This document shows positions 33,118 to 43,680 of a stretch of DNA of 64,000 nt, piece by piece. A program made the position numbers and the translations under genes. Each line of letters starts with the position of its first letter. Within the stretch, counting starts at the first letter, position 1. Origin of the DNA: Longimicrobiales bacterium (GTDB taxonomy: Bacteria > Gemmatimonadota > Gemmatimonadetes > Longimicrobiales > Gaopeijiaceae); contig CBDAON010000004.1 of NCBI GenBank assembly GCA_965198065.1, forward strand, positions 288,001-352,000, written 5' to 3'. Below the pieces are notes generated by a model. It worked only from the letters and a program-made list of their open reading frames with translations, was not told the origin of the DNA and made no database searches.

Positions 33118-33422
33118 CACCTCTCAGAGCGGGCAAGAATAGCGCCCGGTCAATCGGGGTCGAGCGGTGTTCTCGCGCGCGAGCCCCGTTCGCGCGACCC
33201 GCCTGTGGGGCGTCGGTAACCTGTGAAGCTAATCACCCCCGCGGAGGCGCGCCATTGGGGCACGGGGCCCATGGACACTGCCTTTGCGGCCCCTTCCGGA
33301 CTCTCCGCCGACTCCACCCTGCCGGAAAGTATGCGCCCCACGGCCCGTCCGGCAGCTGACCAGGTTATCTTCGTGAATCAAGCGTTCCCCCTTTCCCCCA
33401 GTCCTCGCGAAGAGCCTGGACG

Positions 33423-34148
33423 ATGTTTCATCGGGCGCTCCAGATCCTGACCGGCACGCTCTCGGGGCTAGCGGTAGTCGCCGTGCTCCTCTGGGCGAGG
33501 GTGCTGGGCCCGTCGCCCTCTCAGAGCGGTGTGACCGCGACGCTCCCGGCCTACCCCGCCCCGTCCCTCGTCCTTCCCGACACCCAGGGGGACACGTTCG
33601 ACCTCACCGGCCTCCGCGGGGAGCTCGCCCTCGTCTTCTTCGGGTTCTCGAACTGCCCGGACGTCTGCCCTCTCACCCTCGCGACCTGGACCCGGGCCCT
33701 CGCTCGGCTGGAGGGCGGGGCGGACCGCTTCCACGGGATCTTCGTAAGCGTGGACCCGGGGCGGGACACCCCCGAGGCCGTGACGCGATGGATGCAGAGC
33801 TTCCATCCGTCGATTCGGGCCCTCGTCGGAACCGAGGCGGAAATCGCCCGCGTGGCGGAGGCGTGGGGCGTGTACGTTGGCATGCGCTCGGACCCGGGAG
33901 GGCCCCCACCCCGCTCGCCCACCGTGGCAGCTCCTACGGCCGACCCTCACGCGGGACACGGGCCCGCGGCCGGGACGGCGGGGAACAGCGGCGGGTCGCT
34001 CGTCGTGGCCACGGACTCGGAGTACCTGATCGACCACTCGGCCCGGACGTTCCTGGTGGACCGCGGCGGACGCGTGGCCCGAATCCTCCCCCCCGACCTG
34101 GACGAAGAGGAGCTCCTCGCGACGATCGAGCCCTACTTCGAGGGGTGA
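33423..34148 (+). CDS. SCO family copper chaperone
   Basis: FFGFSNCPDVCP, VSVDPGRDT, IDHS; N-terminal membrane anchor. Confidence 0.92.
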   Translation: MFHRALQILTGTLSGLAVVAVLLWARVLGPSPSQSGVTATLPAYPAPSLVLPDTQGDTFDLTGLRGELALVFFGFSNCPDVCPLTLATWTRALARLEGGADRFHGIFVSVDPGRDTPEAVTRWMQSFHPSIRALVGTEAEIARVAEAWGVYVGMRSDPGGPPPRSPTVAAPTADPHAGHGPAAGTAGNSGGSLVVATDSEYLIDHSARTFLVDRGGRVARILPPDLDEEELLATIEPYFEG

Positions 34149-34576
34149 CGGGGCTCCGCGGCACAGTGGTCGCCGCAGCCGAATCGCTGTCGGTTTCGGG
34201 CCACCCACGCGTACACCACCGCAGCGAGCGAGCGTACTCCAGGGACCCGGAACCCCCACCCCACCCACCCGACTCCGGGAAGCAGGAGGAAGAGCTCTTC
34301 GGCTGCCCGGGCACCCTCCCAGCGCCGGCCGTCCGGGGCCACCAAGTGCATGGCGGCCTCGAGGCGCTCCTGGGAGAGCGCGGGGAACCGCTCACGAACG
34401 CCCGCATCCTGATACGGAACGGCATCGATCGCGCGGTCTCCATCCCGCGCACGCAGCCACCTCACTGACCGGCGGCACAGCTCGCACTCCCCATCGTAGA
34501 TGAGGACGTAGCGGGAGGCGGCTGGCTCCGGGTGCGTCCTGGACCGCCCGGACCGACCGCGGTCAGTGGTAGTCAA
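34133..34576 (-). CDS. DCC1/DUF393 thiol-disulfide oxidoreductase-like protein
   Basis: YDGECELC, YAWVARNR. Confidence 0.85.
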   Translation of the reverse strand: MTTTDRGRSGRSRTHPEPAASRYVLIYDGECELCRRSVRWLRARDGDRAIDAVPYQDAGVRERFPALSQERLEAAMHLVAPDGRRWEGARAAEELFLLLPGVGWVGWGFRVPGVRSLAAVVYAWVARNRQRFGCGDHCAAEPRHPSK

Positions 34577-35759
34577 CGGAGATGCGCGAGGCCGCTTCGA
34601 GCGCCCGGGTGCGACTTTCCGCCACCGTCCTCCCCGTCGCCAGGGCGATGCCCATGCGCCGATGTAGGTAGGCGTCGGGCTTCCCGAATATCCTCACCTG
34701 GGCGCTCTCGACTTGGAGGGCGCGATCGAGGCCCCGGTAACCCGTGACGAGGCCGTCCCGGTCGGCCAGAATCACCGCGGAGGCGGCCGGCCCCAGAAAC
34801 CGGATCGTCGGGATGGGAAGGCCCATTGCGGCCCGAAGATGCAGATCGAACTGCGAAAGGTCGTGCGAGACCATCGTCACCATGCCCGTGTCGTGGGGGC
34901 CTACGGAGACCTCGGAGAAGATCGACTCCTCATCCGTAACGAAGAACTCGACCCCAAACACACCGGCACCGCCCAGGCGCGCCGCCACCTGCCCCGCCTG
35001 CTCGCGCATCTCCCGGGACCTGCCTTCCTCCAGGTCGGCGGGGATCCACGATTCTCGGTGTCCTCCGCGCTCCTGACGTTGCCCGATCGGTGGGAGGTGG
35101 GTCGTCGTGCCGTCCAGTTCGCGGATTGTGAGGAGGGTGACTTCGGACCGGAACTCCACGAACTCCTCGACGACCACGCCGAACGCATCTCCCATCGCTT
35201 CCTCGTAGGCGAACGCCCAGGCTCGATCCACCCGGGCCGGGCCCGGGACGACGCTCTGGCCCTTTCCCGGGTACGCCGCGACAGGCTTCACCACGCATGG
35301 GTATCCGACGTCATCGCAGGCCTCGCGAAGCTCTTCCACCGAGGACGCGAACCGATACACCGGCGTGCGGAGCCCGAGCTCGTCCCGGACGAGCGCGCGG
35401 AGCGCCGAGCGGTCCATCACGAGCTCGGCCGTGGCGGCACTGGGGACGACGTGAAACCCCTGTTCCTCAAGACCTGCCAGGGTGTCGGCCTGGATCGCTT
35501 CCACCTCGGGCAGGATCAGGTCCGGGCGGTAGCTCCGGATAACGCCCTGGAGGGCCGTCCCATCCCTGAGGGAGAGCACCTCCGAAGCATCAGCCACCTG
35601 CATGGCGGGCGCCTGAGCGGAACGGTCGACCGCGATCACGCGGAGCCCGAGCCGCTGCGCGGAGATCGCGATCTCCTTTCCCAGCTCACCGGCACCGAGT
35701 AGCAGGATCGACCGCGGGAGCAGGGGGTGGGCAGAGGGAGACCCCGCGGCTCGGGCCAT
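34563..35759 (-). CDS. purT: Formate-dependent phosphoribosylglycinamide formyltransferase (divergent)
   Basis: LLGAGELGKE, APAMQVA, GKGQS, PHDTGMVT, FGKP, RRMGIALA. Confidence 0.85.
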   Translation of the reverse strand: MARAAGSPSAHPLLPRSILLLGAGELGKEIAISAQRLGLRVIAVDRSAQAPAMQVADASEVLSLRDGTALQGVIRSYRPDLILPEVEAIQADTLAGLEEQGFHVVPSAATAELVMDRSALRALVRDELGLRTPVYRFASSVEELREACDDVGYPCVVKPVAAYPGKGQSVVPGPARVDRAWAFAYEEAMGDAFGVVVEEFVEFRSEVTLLTIRELDGTTTHLPPIGQRQERGGHRESWIPADLEEGRSREMREQAGQVAARLGGAGVFGVEFFVTDEESIFSEVSVGPHDTGMVTMVSHDLSQFDLHLRAAMGLPIPTIRFLGPAASAVILADRDGLVTGYRGLDRALQVESAQVRIFGKPDAYLHRRMGIALATGRTVAESRTRALEAASRISVDYH

Positions 35760-35917
35760 GCCTGAACCTCCGTATCGAGCGATGGTGCGACCCGAAGAAG
35801 CTACCCTTACAATGAGGGGGCCGCCACATGGATCGGAGCCCCTCGCGGCCGCCGAGGATCGACCGCGTGGATGGACCGCGGATCGTCTCACGATCGCCCA
35901 CTCCGCCGACGACCGCG

Positions 35918-36862
35918 ATGACGTGGAAGGACCGAATTCCCGAGCTCGCCCGGCGCCTCCCAGGCCTCGTCCTCGAGCGGGACATCCTCCTCGCTCCCTT
36001 CACCACTTTCCGGATCGGGGGGCCCGCCGATCTTCTCGTGCGTGTGCGGACGCCCGAGCAGATGATCCTCGCTATCTCCGAGGCGCGCGCGCTCCAGATC
36101 CCTCACTTCCTCCTCGGTCGCGGCGCGAACATCCTGGTCGCGGACCGGGGGTTCCGGGGCCTCGTGATCCGATCCGAGCTCCAGGGGATCGAGTTCCTGA
36201 ACGGGGTGCGCGTCCGGGCCGCTGCGGGGGTCGAGACGTTTCCCGACCTGATCCAGGCCACCGTATCCCGGGGGCTCGGTGGGCTCCATCACTTCGTCGG
36301 TATCCCCAGCACGGTCGGGGGCGCGCTTTGGCAGAACCTCCACTTTCTCTCGCCCGCTCCGGCTCGGGCGCGGACCGTATTCATCGAGGAGGTGCTCGAG
36401 TCGGCCGAGATCCTGACCGAGGAGGGGAATCGGCGGACGGTTGGCGTGGATTACTTCCGGTTCGGTTACGACGACTCGATCCTGCAGCACCGGCAGGACG
36501 TTGTGCTGTCGGCGACGTTCCGGCTCCAGCCCACGCCCGAGGACGAGCTCCGCCGCGTAATCCGGGAGAACCTCGCGTGGAGGGGCGAGCGCCACCCCGA
36601 TCTGTGGCTCTACCCGTGCGTGGGCTCGATCTTCCGGAAGATCGACGGTGTAGGGGCGGGGAGGCTGATCGACGAGTGCGGGCTCAAGGGCCGAGTGCAC
36701 GGATCAGCCGAGATCTCCCACAAGCACGCGAACATCATCGTGAACCTGGGGGGCGCGACGGCCGGCCAGGTCGTCCATCTGATTGAGCTGGCCAGAGCGA
36801 CCGTCCTTGAGCGTACCGGGCACGCCCTCGTTCCCGAGATCACATTTGTCGGTGAGTTCTGA
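35918..36862 (+). CDS. murB: UDP-N-acetylmuramate dehydrogenase
   Basis: TTFRIGGPA, GRGANILV, GIPSTVGGA, GSIF, HANIIVN. Confidence 0.92.
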   Translation: MTWKDRIPELARRLPGLVLERDILLAPFTTFRIGGPADLLVRVRTPEQMILAISEARALQIPHFLLGRGANILVADRGFRGLVIRSELQGIEFLNGVRVRAAAGVETFPDLIQATVSRGLGGLHHFVGIPSTVGGALWQNLHFLSPAPARARTVFIEEVLESAEILTEEGNRRTVGVDYFRFGYDDSILQHRQDVVLSATFRLQPTPEDELRRVIRENLAWRGERHPDLWLYPCVGSIFRKIDGVGAGRLIDECGLKGRVHGSAEISHKHANIIVNLGGATAGQVVHLIELARATVLERTGHALVPEITFVGEF

Positions 36863-36885
36863 CGGCGCCCGGACCGGACCGGGGG

Positions 36886-37347
36886 TCACTCGACGTCGCG
36901 CTCGCGCCCCATGGCAAGGGCGACGTCCTCCGTGAGGGGGCGGCGGCCGGAGAATCCCGCGTTCACCTCGTGCCAGGCCAGGATCTGGTCCTCGCCCATG
37001 CGCCAGCACAGGTAGACGGTACGACCGGCGTAACGAGCCGGGAAGTCGACCAGGCCATGCTCGATGCCCCCCGCGGGAAGGCGGACACCTAGGGAGAGGA
37101 GGCCGGTCTCGACCAGCCGCTCGAGGCGGTGCACGCTCCGCTCGAGTTCCGCCCTGGACCGGAGGAACTCTTCCCGATCGGGGTTCCCGGCCGCGCGGAT
37201 CTTCTCCCCCCAGAGCCCCTCCAGAAGCTGGACACGATCTGCGGTTCGCTCGATCTCCTGCCGGACCTGCCGGATCTCCTCCATGACCGACGTGAGGCGG
37301 GGGAGCAGAGCCCCTGCCTCGGGCACCGTGAAGAACCGCTGGATCAC
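36886..37347 (-). CDS. DUF2203-like protein
   Basis: FFTVPEA, GLVDFPA, YLCWRMGE, WH...GFSGRRPL. Confidence 0.8.
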   Translation of the reverse strand: MIQRFFTVPEAGALLPRLTSVMEEIRQVRQEIERTADRVQLLEGLWGEKIRAAGNPDREEFLRSRAELERSVHRLERLVETGLLSLGVRLPAGGIEHGLVDFPARYAGRTVYLCWRMGEDQILAWHEVNAGFSGRRPLTEDVALAMGRERDVE

Positions 37348-38264
37348 GATCCGCCCCCGTCGCCCGGGGAGGACGGGTCCAGGGTGCCGGCCCGCTGAGC
37401 CGACATCACCAGCCCGCGCACGAGCGCGGAGCTGAACCCGCGATTCTCCATCTCGTTCAGCCCGGCGATCGTGCAGCCGTTCGGGGTCGTCACCTTGTCG
37501 ATCTCGGTCTCGGGATGGCTTTGATTCACCAGTAACAGCTCGGACGCTCCCTTGGCCGTCTGAGCGGCCATCCGGATGGCCTCCTCGGCGTGGAAGCCGA
37601 TCTGGATTCCACCCTGGGCGGCCGCCCGAATAGCCCTGAGGAAGAACGCGATCCCGCAGGCGCAGAGCGCTGTCGCCGCGGCCATGTTGGATTCGTCGAT
37701 CCGAACCGTCTCCCCGAGTCCAGCGAAGAGCGCCTCCACTTCTGGAAGCACGGGCTCCGAGGCCGCATCCAGCGCGAGACACGTCATCGAGTTCAGAGTC
37801 TGAATCCCCAGGTTCGGCATCGCGCGAACGACCGGCAGGTCGTCGCCCACGTACGTTCGGAGGGCCTCGATCGAAACCCCGGTCACCGTGGATACGAGCA
37901 CGTGCCGCGACCGATCGAGCACCGGAGCCACCTCGGGGAGGACCTCCAGCGTGTCACGGGGCTGGACCGCCAGGATCACGATCCGCGCGGCCGAGGCGAA
38001 TTTTGCGTTATCGCTCCCGACCCCATAGCCCAGCGCCGCGAACTCCGCCAGCTCCTTCGGGTGGCGGTGAGTGAGCATGATCTCCTCGGGCCGACGGAGA
38101 CCGGCACGCACGATCCCTCGCGCGATCGCGCTGCCCAGGTTCCCCGCTCCGAGGACGGTAATCGGGGTGACACCCGTCTTCCGTGTCGGCGTACGCTCCG
38201 CCGCCGGCCGCTTACCGGCGGCCGCCCCCTTCCGGACCTTGGGCCGCTTCTGATTCATCGACAC
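37344..38264 (-). CDS. proC: Pyrroline-5-carboxylate reductase
   Basis: GAGNLG, VRAMPN, QTAKG, VTTPNGCTIAGL. Confidence 0.93.
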   Translation of the reverse strand: MSMNQKRPKVRKGAAAGKRPAAERTPTRKTGVTPITVLGAGNLGSAIARGIVRAGLRRPEEIMLTHRHPKELAEFAALGYGVGSDNAKFASAARIVILAVQPRDTLEVLPEVAPVLDRSRHVLVSTVTGVSIEALRTYVGDDLPVVRAMPNLGIQTLNSMTCLALDAASEPVLPEVEALFAGLGETVRIDESNMAAATALCACGIAFFLRAIRAAAQGGIQIGFHAEEAIRMAAQTAKGASELLLVNQSHPETEIDKVTTPNGCTIAGLNEMENRGFSSALVRGLVMSAQRAGTLDPSSPGDGGGS

Positions 38265-38273
38265 CTCGCTGGC

Positions 38274-39341
38274 CTAAGGAGCGCTCACGCCGGGTACCCG
38301 TCCCTCTGCCACCGCCAGCTCGGCGCAGAGGAGCGCGCCACCGGCGGCTCCGCGGATCGTGTTGTGCGATAGGACGGCCATGCGGAGATCCAGCAGCTCG
38401 CACCTGCGGACCCTTCCCACGGACACGGCCATACCTCCGTCCAAGTCTCGGTGAAGCCGGGGCTGGGGGTGATCCATCCCCGCGAGCAGGTGAACCGGGC
38501 GCTCGGGAGCCGTCGGCAGACCCATCTCCTGAGGCACACCGCAGAAGGAGGCCATGCCCTCGATGGCCTCCTCGGGCGAGGCCGAACGCTCGAGCCCGAC
38601 CGAGACCATCTCGAGGTGCCCGTCCAACACCGGGACTCGTGTGCACTGCGCGCTCACCACGATCTCGGCCTCCTCCACACCCCTCCCGTTCAGCCGGCCC
38701 AGAATCTTGCGGGTCTCCGTCTCGAGCTTCTCCTCCTCCCCCGAGATGAAGGGGACGACGTTGTCGAGGATCTCCATGGACGCGACGCCCGGGAGTCCCG
38801 CGCCCGAGAGCGCCTGGAGTGTCACGACGTGCACGCGGTTCACTCCGAACGCCTGCTGGAGCGCTCGAAGTGGGATCACGAGCCCAATCGTAGAGCAGTT
38901 CGGATTCGTGACGATCCCTCCGCCCGCCGGGAAGGATTGCGCCTCGAGCAGCGCGAGATGGTGCGGATTCACCTCGGGAACCAGCAGGGGAACGTCCGCG
39001 TCCATGCGATGGTTCCGCGCGTTCGACACCACCATCACGCCCGCCTCGGCAAACGCCGTTTCGGCCGGCCCTGCCACGCTCGAGTCCAGCGCGGAAAAGG
39101 CGATCGGCACCTCGGGACCCGGGGTCGTGGGGAGAACGGGAAGCTCGGCCACCTCGGAAGCCAGAGGCCGTTCCTGAACCCACCGCACCGCCTCGCCGTA
39201 GCGCTTGCCCTCTGAGCGCTCGGAGGCCGTCACGGCCGCGACCCGAAACCACGGGTGCCCGTGGAGAAGCTGCACGAAGCGCTGACCCACGCTTCCGGTC
39301 GCGCCCAGCACCGCAACCGGGATCCGATCGTCCCGCGCCAT
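38274..39341 (-). CDS. asd: Aspartate-semialdehyde dehydrogenase (archaeal/fungal-like type)
   Basis: GATGSVGQRF, PEVN, NPNCST, QALSGAG, RVPVLDGH, HNTIRGAAG. Confidence 0.95.
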   Translation of the reverse strand: MARDDRIPVAVLGATGSVGQRFVQLLHGHPWFRVAAVTASERSEGKRYGEAVRWVQERPLASEVAELPVLPTTPGPEVPIAFSALDSSVAGPAETAFAEAGVMVVSNARNHRMDADVPLLVPEVNPHHLALLEAQSFPAGGGIVTNPNCSTIGLVIPLRALQQAFGVNRVHVVTLQALSGAGLPGVASMEILDNVVPFISGEEEKLETETRKILGRLNGRGVEEAEIVVSAQCTRVPVLDGHLEMVSVGLERSASPEEAIEGMASFCGVPQEMGLPTAPERPVHLLAGMDHPQPRLHRDLDGGMAVSVGRVRRCELLDLRMAVLSHNTIRGAAGGALLCAELAVAEGRVPGVSAP

Positions 39342-39472
39342 CCGCTCCCATACTCCTGTTTCGCCCTGGAATCTCCGGTGTAACGCACCTCGGAAGCTAA
39401 CCGCACTCGGGGCCACGCCAAGTCCGCCGGGCGCCCGTTGCCGGGGCCCGCGGAGCTCGGGATCTTCAGGAG

Positions 39473-39993
39473 ATGAACGACTCCCCGGCCGCTCCCGGTG
39501 CTGCCCTCCTCCGGCTCTGGACCCGCCTCCGGCCCCTTCCCGGCGGGAGGCTCCTCTTCTCCCGCCTCCTAGGGTGGAGGGTTCCCTACACGGGCACGGT
39601 AGCCCCGCGGGTCGAGCATCTGGAGGCCGGAGTCGCCCGCGTCGCGCTCCGGGACCGGAGAAGGGTGCGGAACCACCTGGGCTCGGTGCATGCGGTCGCA
39701 CTCACGAACCTGGGTGAGGTCACGAGCGGGCTCGCCACCCTGACGGCGATCCCCGGGGGGGTCCGGGGCATCGTGGTCCGTCTCGAGTCCGAGTACACCA
39801 AGAAGGCGCGGGGACGCCTCGTCGCGGAGTCACGCTGGTCCCCCCCCGACCTTACGCACGTCATGACGACGAAGGGGGGGACGTGAGCGGCGGGAGGTGG
39901 GCGGAGGAGTGGGTGACGGCAACGATCCGTGACGGGGCAGGAGACGAGGTCGCACGAGTCCGCTCGCTCTGGCGGCTGAGCCCCATCCGGTGA
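39473..39993 (+). CDS. Hotdog-fold thioesterase-like protein (DUF4442-like); frameshift in a homopolymer at ~39840-39880
   Basis: [24 protein letters not shown]; natural C-terminus ...[24 protein letters not shown] lies in another frame. Confidence 0.75.
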
Positions 39994-41042
39994 GCGGCGA
40001 CGACAAGGACAGGCCCGAACCCCCGGTCGATGTCCCCCCGGCAACCGGAGTCCCTGCTCCCCGCCTCCGCACGCGCCTGACCGAGGACGCGGGATGCTCC
40101 GTCCCGCTCATTTGCGGGGCCATGTATCCGTGTTCGAATCCCGAGCTCGTGGCTGCCGCAAGCGACGCGGGCGCGGTCGGGATCGTCCAGCCGATGAGCC
40201 TCACCTACGTGCACCGGCATCCGTTTCGCGACGGCCTCAGGCTCATCCGATCCCTCACGTCCGCCCCCTTCGGGATGAACGCCCTCATTGAGGCCTCGTC
40301 CAAGGCGTATCGGCGCCGGATGGAGAGCTGGATCGATGTCGCGCTCGAGGAGGGGGTCCGGTTCTTCGTGACATCGCTCGGGAAGCCGGATTGGGTCGTG
40401 AAGAGGGTCCGCTCCATGGGGGGGAAGGTCTATCACGACGTGACGGAGCGGAAATGGGCCCAGAAGGGTCTGGACGCGGGGGTGGACGGCCTGATCGCCG
40501 TCAACCGACGGGCGGGCGGTCACCCCGGACAGCGGTCCGCGGCGGAGCTACTGGACGAGGTGCGAGACCTCGGGCTCCCGGTCGTGTGCGCGGGCGGTGT
40601 GGGGAGCCCGGAGGACTTCCAGGCCGCGCTCGCGATGGGCTACGCGGGCGTGCAGATGGGCACCCGCTTCATCGCGACCGAGGAGTGCCGGGCGTCAAAC
40701 GCCTACAAGCGAGCGATCGTGGAGGCCGGCGAGGAGGACATCGTCTGGACGGAGCGTATCACCGGAGTCCCGGTGGCGGTGATCCGGACCCCGTTCATCG
40801 AGGCGATGGGGACCCGTGCGGGCACCGTCGCCGTCCGGCTCCTCCGGTGGCGCCGAACCAAGCACTGGATGAGGACGTGGTACGCCTTGAACTCGCTTCG
40901 AAAGCTCAAGCGCTCGTCGCTCCGGGACGACAGCGCGCAGGAGTACTGGCAGGCGGGAAGGAGCGTAGCGGCCATCACGTCGATCGAGCGCGCCGGGGAC
41001 GTCGTGCGGCGCTTCGCCGCCGCCGCTGCAGGAGGCGCCTGA
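39990..41042 (+). CDS. Nitronate monooxygenase / FabK-like flavoprotein
   Basis: GAMYPCSNPELVAA, AGGH, AGGV, GVQMGTRFIATEE. Confidence 0.88.
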   Translation: MSGDDKDRPEPPVDVPPATGVPAPRLRTRLTEDAGCSVPLICGAMYPCSNPELVAAASDAGAVGIVQPMSLTYVHRHPFRDGLRLIRSLTSAPFGMNALIEASSKAYRRRMESWIDVALEEGVRFFVTSLGKPDWVVKRVRSMGGKVYHDVTERKWAQKGLDAGVDGLIAVNRRAGGHPGQRSAAELLDEVRDLGLPVVCAGGVGSPEDFQAALAMGYAGVQMGTRFIATEECRASNAYKRAIVEAGEEDIVWTERITGVPVAVIRTPFIEAMGTRAGTVAVRLLRWRRTKHWMRTWYALNSLRKLKRSSLRDDSAQEYWQAGRSVAAITSIERAGDVVRRFAAAAAGGA

Positions 41043-41051
41043 AGACCGTCG

Positions 41052-42162
41052 CTACCGTCTCTCGACCACGGACAAGAGGACGCCCCCCGCAACCCCGAGG
41101 GCCAGGGGGGCCCAGGCGGGTGAGGCCCCCAGCGCGAGCACCCCACCGGCGACGACGACCGCCACCGCCACCCGGGCCACGAGGACGGTTCCGGTCGCCC
41201 GCCAGGCCGATACCGCCGAGCGCCCAAGGAAGAGGAACAGCCCGACGGCCAGGGCGGCGCGCGGCCCCCCTGCGACCGGATCGCCGGGGTGGAGGATCAG
41301 CTCCTCGATCGCGGCCGCCGTCGCGATCACCCCGCAGAGAAGGGGGAAGTGGGCCAGGGAGAAGGCGTCCCGGGCCATCGTGGTTCGCTCGGTGTCCGAC
41401 GCCGCCACCATCGAGCGCTCGAGGGCGGGCCTCAGCCGCGGGAAGTACGCCCACCAGAGAGCGCAGGTCAGCGCGACCGAGAGCACAGACACCGCGATGA
41501 GGTCGGGATCCGTCGGCACAGCAGTCAGTCCCGCGGCCGCCACGATCAGGGATTCCCCGAGCGCGATGATCACGATCAGGCCGTGCCGCTCGACGAAGTG
41601 CTCGGGGCGGAGGTTCCACCCCTCCTGCCGTCCCCCCTTTGCCGCCGCGACGATGTCCAGGGCGATCGCCGCGCCCCAGAGCCAGTACTGGGCCCTGCCC
41701 CCGAGCACGGCCCCCAGGAGGACGGCGGCGAGCCCTCCGACCGAGGCCAGGGCGAAGACCTGCACGGCCGAGCGGTGCGCGTCGTCCGCGGCCACCCACC
41801 AGTAGACGAGGAGCCCGATCGACCGCACGCCCACGTAAGGCACGGCGAACCAGACGGCCCCGCTCCCGAACGCGCCCGGCACCGCAACAGCCATGAAAAA
41901 CGCGACCCCGGTCGAGACGAGTGTCGCCAGCCCGATGCGTGGGTGATCCGTGTTGGCCGCGTTCAGCGCCCAGGTGAACTGGGTCCACGCCCACCACACG
42001 AGCCAGAACACGAGAGTCGCCTCGGCCACCCGTCCGGGCGTCATCCCCTCGTGGAGGAGCCCGACCACCTGGGTGACCGAGAACACAAACAACCAGATCG
42101 AAGAAGAGCTCGACGAACGTGACCCTCTGATCGTCGGGCGAGACCACGCTCATCGTGCTCAT
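41052..42162 (-). CDS. Low temperature requirement protein A (LtrA) family; frameshift at ~42092
   Basis: ELFFDLV(FV), WWAW, HFVERHGLIVIIALGES, LWWAYF. Confidence 0.87.
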
Positions 42163-42330
42163 GGGCTGTGGAGGAAGGGGGAGGGAGCGCACGCACGGAA
42201 CCGAGGGTCGACCAATTATCCCGGGGGAGCGCCCCCGGCACAACGGTTTCGGTCTCGCGGGCGGCGACGAGAGCACCTACACGGGGGCGGACGATCCCAC
42301 TATCTTGGAAGTCGTTTTGAAATGGACCGA

Positions 42331-42403
42331 TGGGGTGTAGCTCAACTGGCAGAGCGCCTGGCTGTTAACCAGGAGGTTGTAGGTTCGAGCCCTACCGCCC
42401 CAG
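42331..42403 (+). tRNA. tRNA-Asn (GTT), CCA not encoded
   Basis: Cloverleaf: TGGGGTG/CGCCCCA acceptor, GCTC/GAGC D arm, CCTGG-CTGTTAA-CCAGG anticodon arm, GTAGG-TTCGAGC-CCTAC T arm. Confidence 0.97.
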
Positions 42404-42499
42404 TCAGCAGGGTTGGCTCAACAGCGCGGTTTGTAGACCTCAAGTAGTTTCGAGGTCCGGTGGGGTGTGCATGTTGAGTGTGCATGTTCAGCGCCGATC

Positions 42500-42614
42500 T
42501 CACTTCGCTTCCCTTAGCCTCCGCCGGTTCGAGGACCACGCGGAGCATGGTGTCCCGGTCCACCTGCTGGTAACACTTCTTGAGCGAGCTGGTGTCCGAC
42601 CATCCGCCTGAGAG
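42500..42614 (-). pseudogene. C-terminal remnant of a tyrosine recombinase/integrase
   Basis: LSGGWSDTSSLKKCYQQVDRDTMLRVVLEP(+1)RRLREAK*, resembling box II with GW and the catalytic Tyr; points toward the tRNA 3' end. Confidence 0.55.
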
Positions 42615-42622
42615 CGTAGTCC

Positions 42623-42982
42623 ATGGCCCGCGTTCTCGTTGCCGAAGATGACACACTGGACCTTATGATCCTGCAGTCCCTTCTGGCGAAGGGGGGCCAT
42701 GATCTTGTGGTTGCACCCGATGGAGCGGCTGCGCTCGCGCTCTACGAGACGGACAAGTTCGACCTAGTGATAGCCGACTTAGTCATGCCCGTTGTCGGCG
42801 GTGTTGAGCTCATCCGGGAGATCCTTGCATCCGATCCTGGCGCTTCGATCATCGCGATTTCTGGAATGAGTCCCGAGCAGCTTCCCCTGGCGCAGGATTC
42901 CGGGGCCGTCCGGACCCTCACCAAGCCCCTCGACACCGAACTATTTCTTAGAACGATGAAAGAGGTGCTCGGAGGAGCGTGA
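42623..42982 (+). CDS. Single-domain response regulator (CheY-like)
   Basis: VLVAEDD, DLVIADLVMP, IAISG, LTKP. Confidence 0.9.
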   Translation: MARVLVAEDDTLDLMILQSLLAKGGHDLVVAPDGAAALALYETDKFDLVIADLVMPVVGGVELIREILASDPGASIIAISGMSPEQLPLAQDSGAVRTLTKPLDTELFLRTMKEVLGGA

Positions 42983-43379
42983 GCGTCCTCCCGAGCAGGG
43001 ACGGTGGGCTGGCGCTCGGCTTCAGTCAGGGGGGAGGCAAGGAGATGTAGCGCCTCTGGGAGAATCAGCCATCACCCCCAACCCCCTGGCCTTCACAGCT
43101 TGATGACGGGGCGTGCCGAGACAACCGCGCAGCCGAAGAGACTTGCGTTCGGCCCTTTGTTGACGCTTTTTGATTATCATGCGAGCGTTAGACGTCATCC
43201 TTGGTCTGGGGTGGTTATCGAATTCATGAGGGCGGGGGTCTCGTTCTTTGGAGGCTGCCGCCTTTTCGTATGTTGTGACCGAGAGGGTCACACGAGGCGC
43301 GGCGCATCCGCGCATATCCAGCCGGTCGGTTAGTACGTGTCATAGCGACTCCGACTTGCAAAACCCAAGGAGCGCATTG

Positions 43380-43586
43380 ATGCGTACCAAGGGAACCGTG
43401 AAGTGGTTCAACGATCAGAAGGGCTTCGGCTTCATTACGCCGGAGGACGGTAGCAAGGACTGTTTCGTCCATCACAGCGCGATTCAGGCGGAGGGCTTCA
43501 AGACCCTCGCCGAAGGGGCCCAGGTCGAGTTCGACGTGGTAGAAGGCGCCAAGGGTCCTGCGGCCGAGAACGTCGTCGCGCTCTGA
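43380..43586 (+). CDS. cspA: Cold-shock protein
   Basis: [39 protein letters not shown]. Confidence 0.95.
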   Translation: MRTKGTVKWFNDQKGFGFITPEDGSKDCFVHHSAIQAEGFKTLAEGAQVEFDVVEGAKGPAAENVVAL

Positions 43587-43613
43587 GCACCCCTCCGCAC
43601 TGAAGAGAGGCAC

Positions 43614-43649
43614 AGGCGGGGCCGTCCCGATCTCGGGGCGGCCCCGCTT
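43614..43649. terminator. Terminator hairpin after csp
   Basis: GCGGGGCCGTCCCGA..TCGGGGCGGCCCCGC then TT. Confidence 0.7.
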
Positions 43650-43680
43650 CAGGTTTAGCGGGTTACTCCTCTCATCACCC

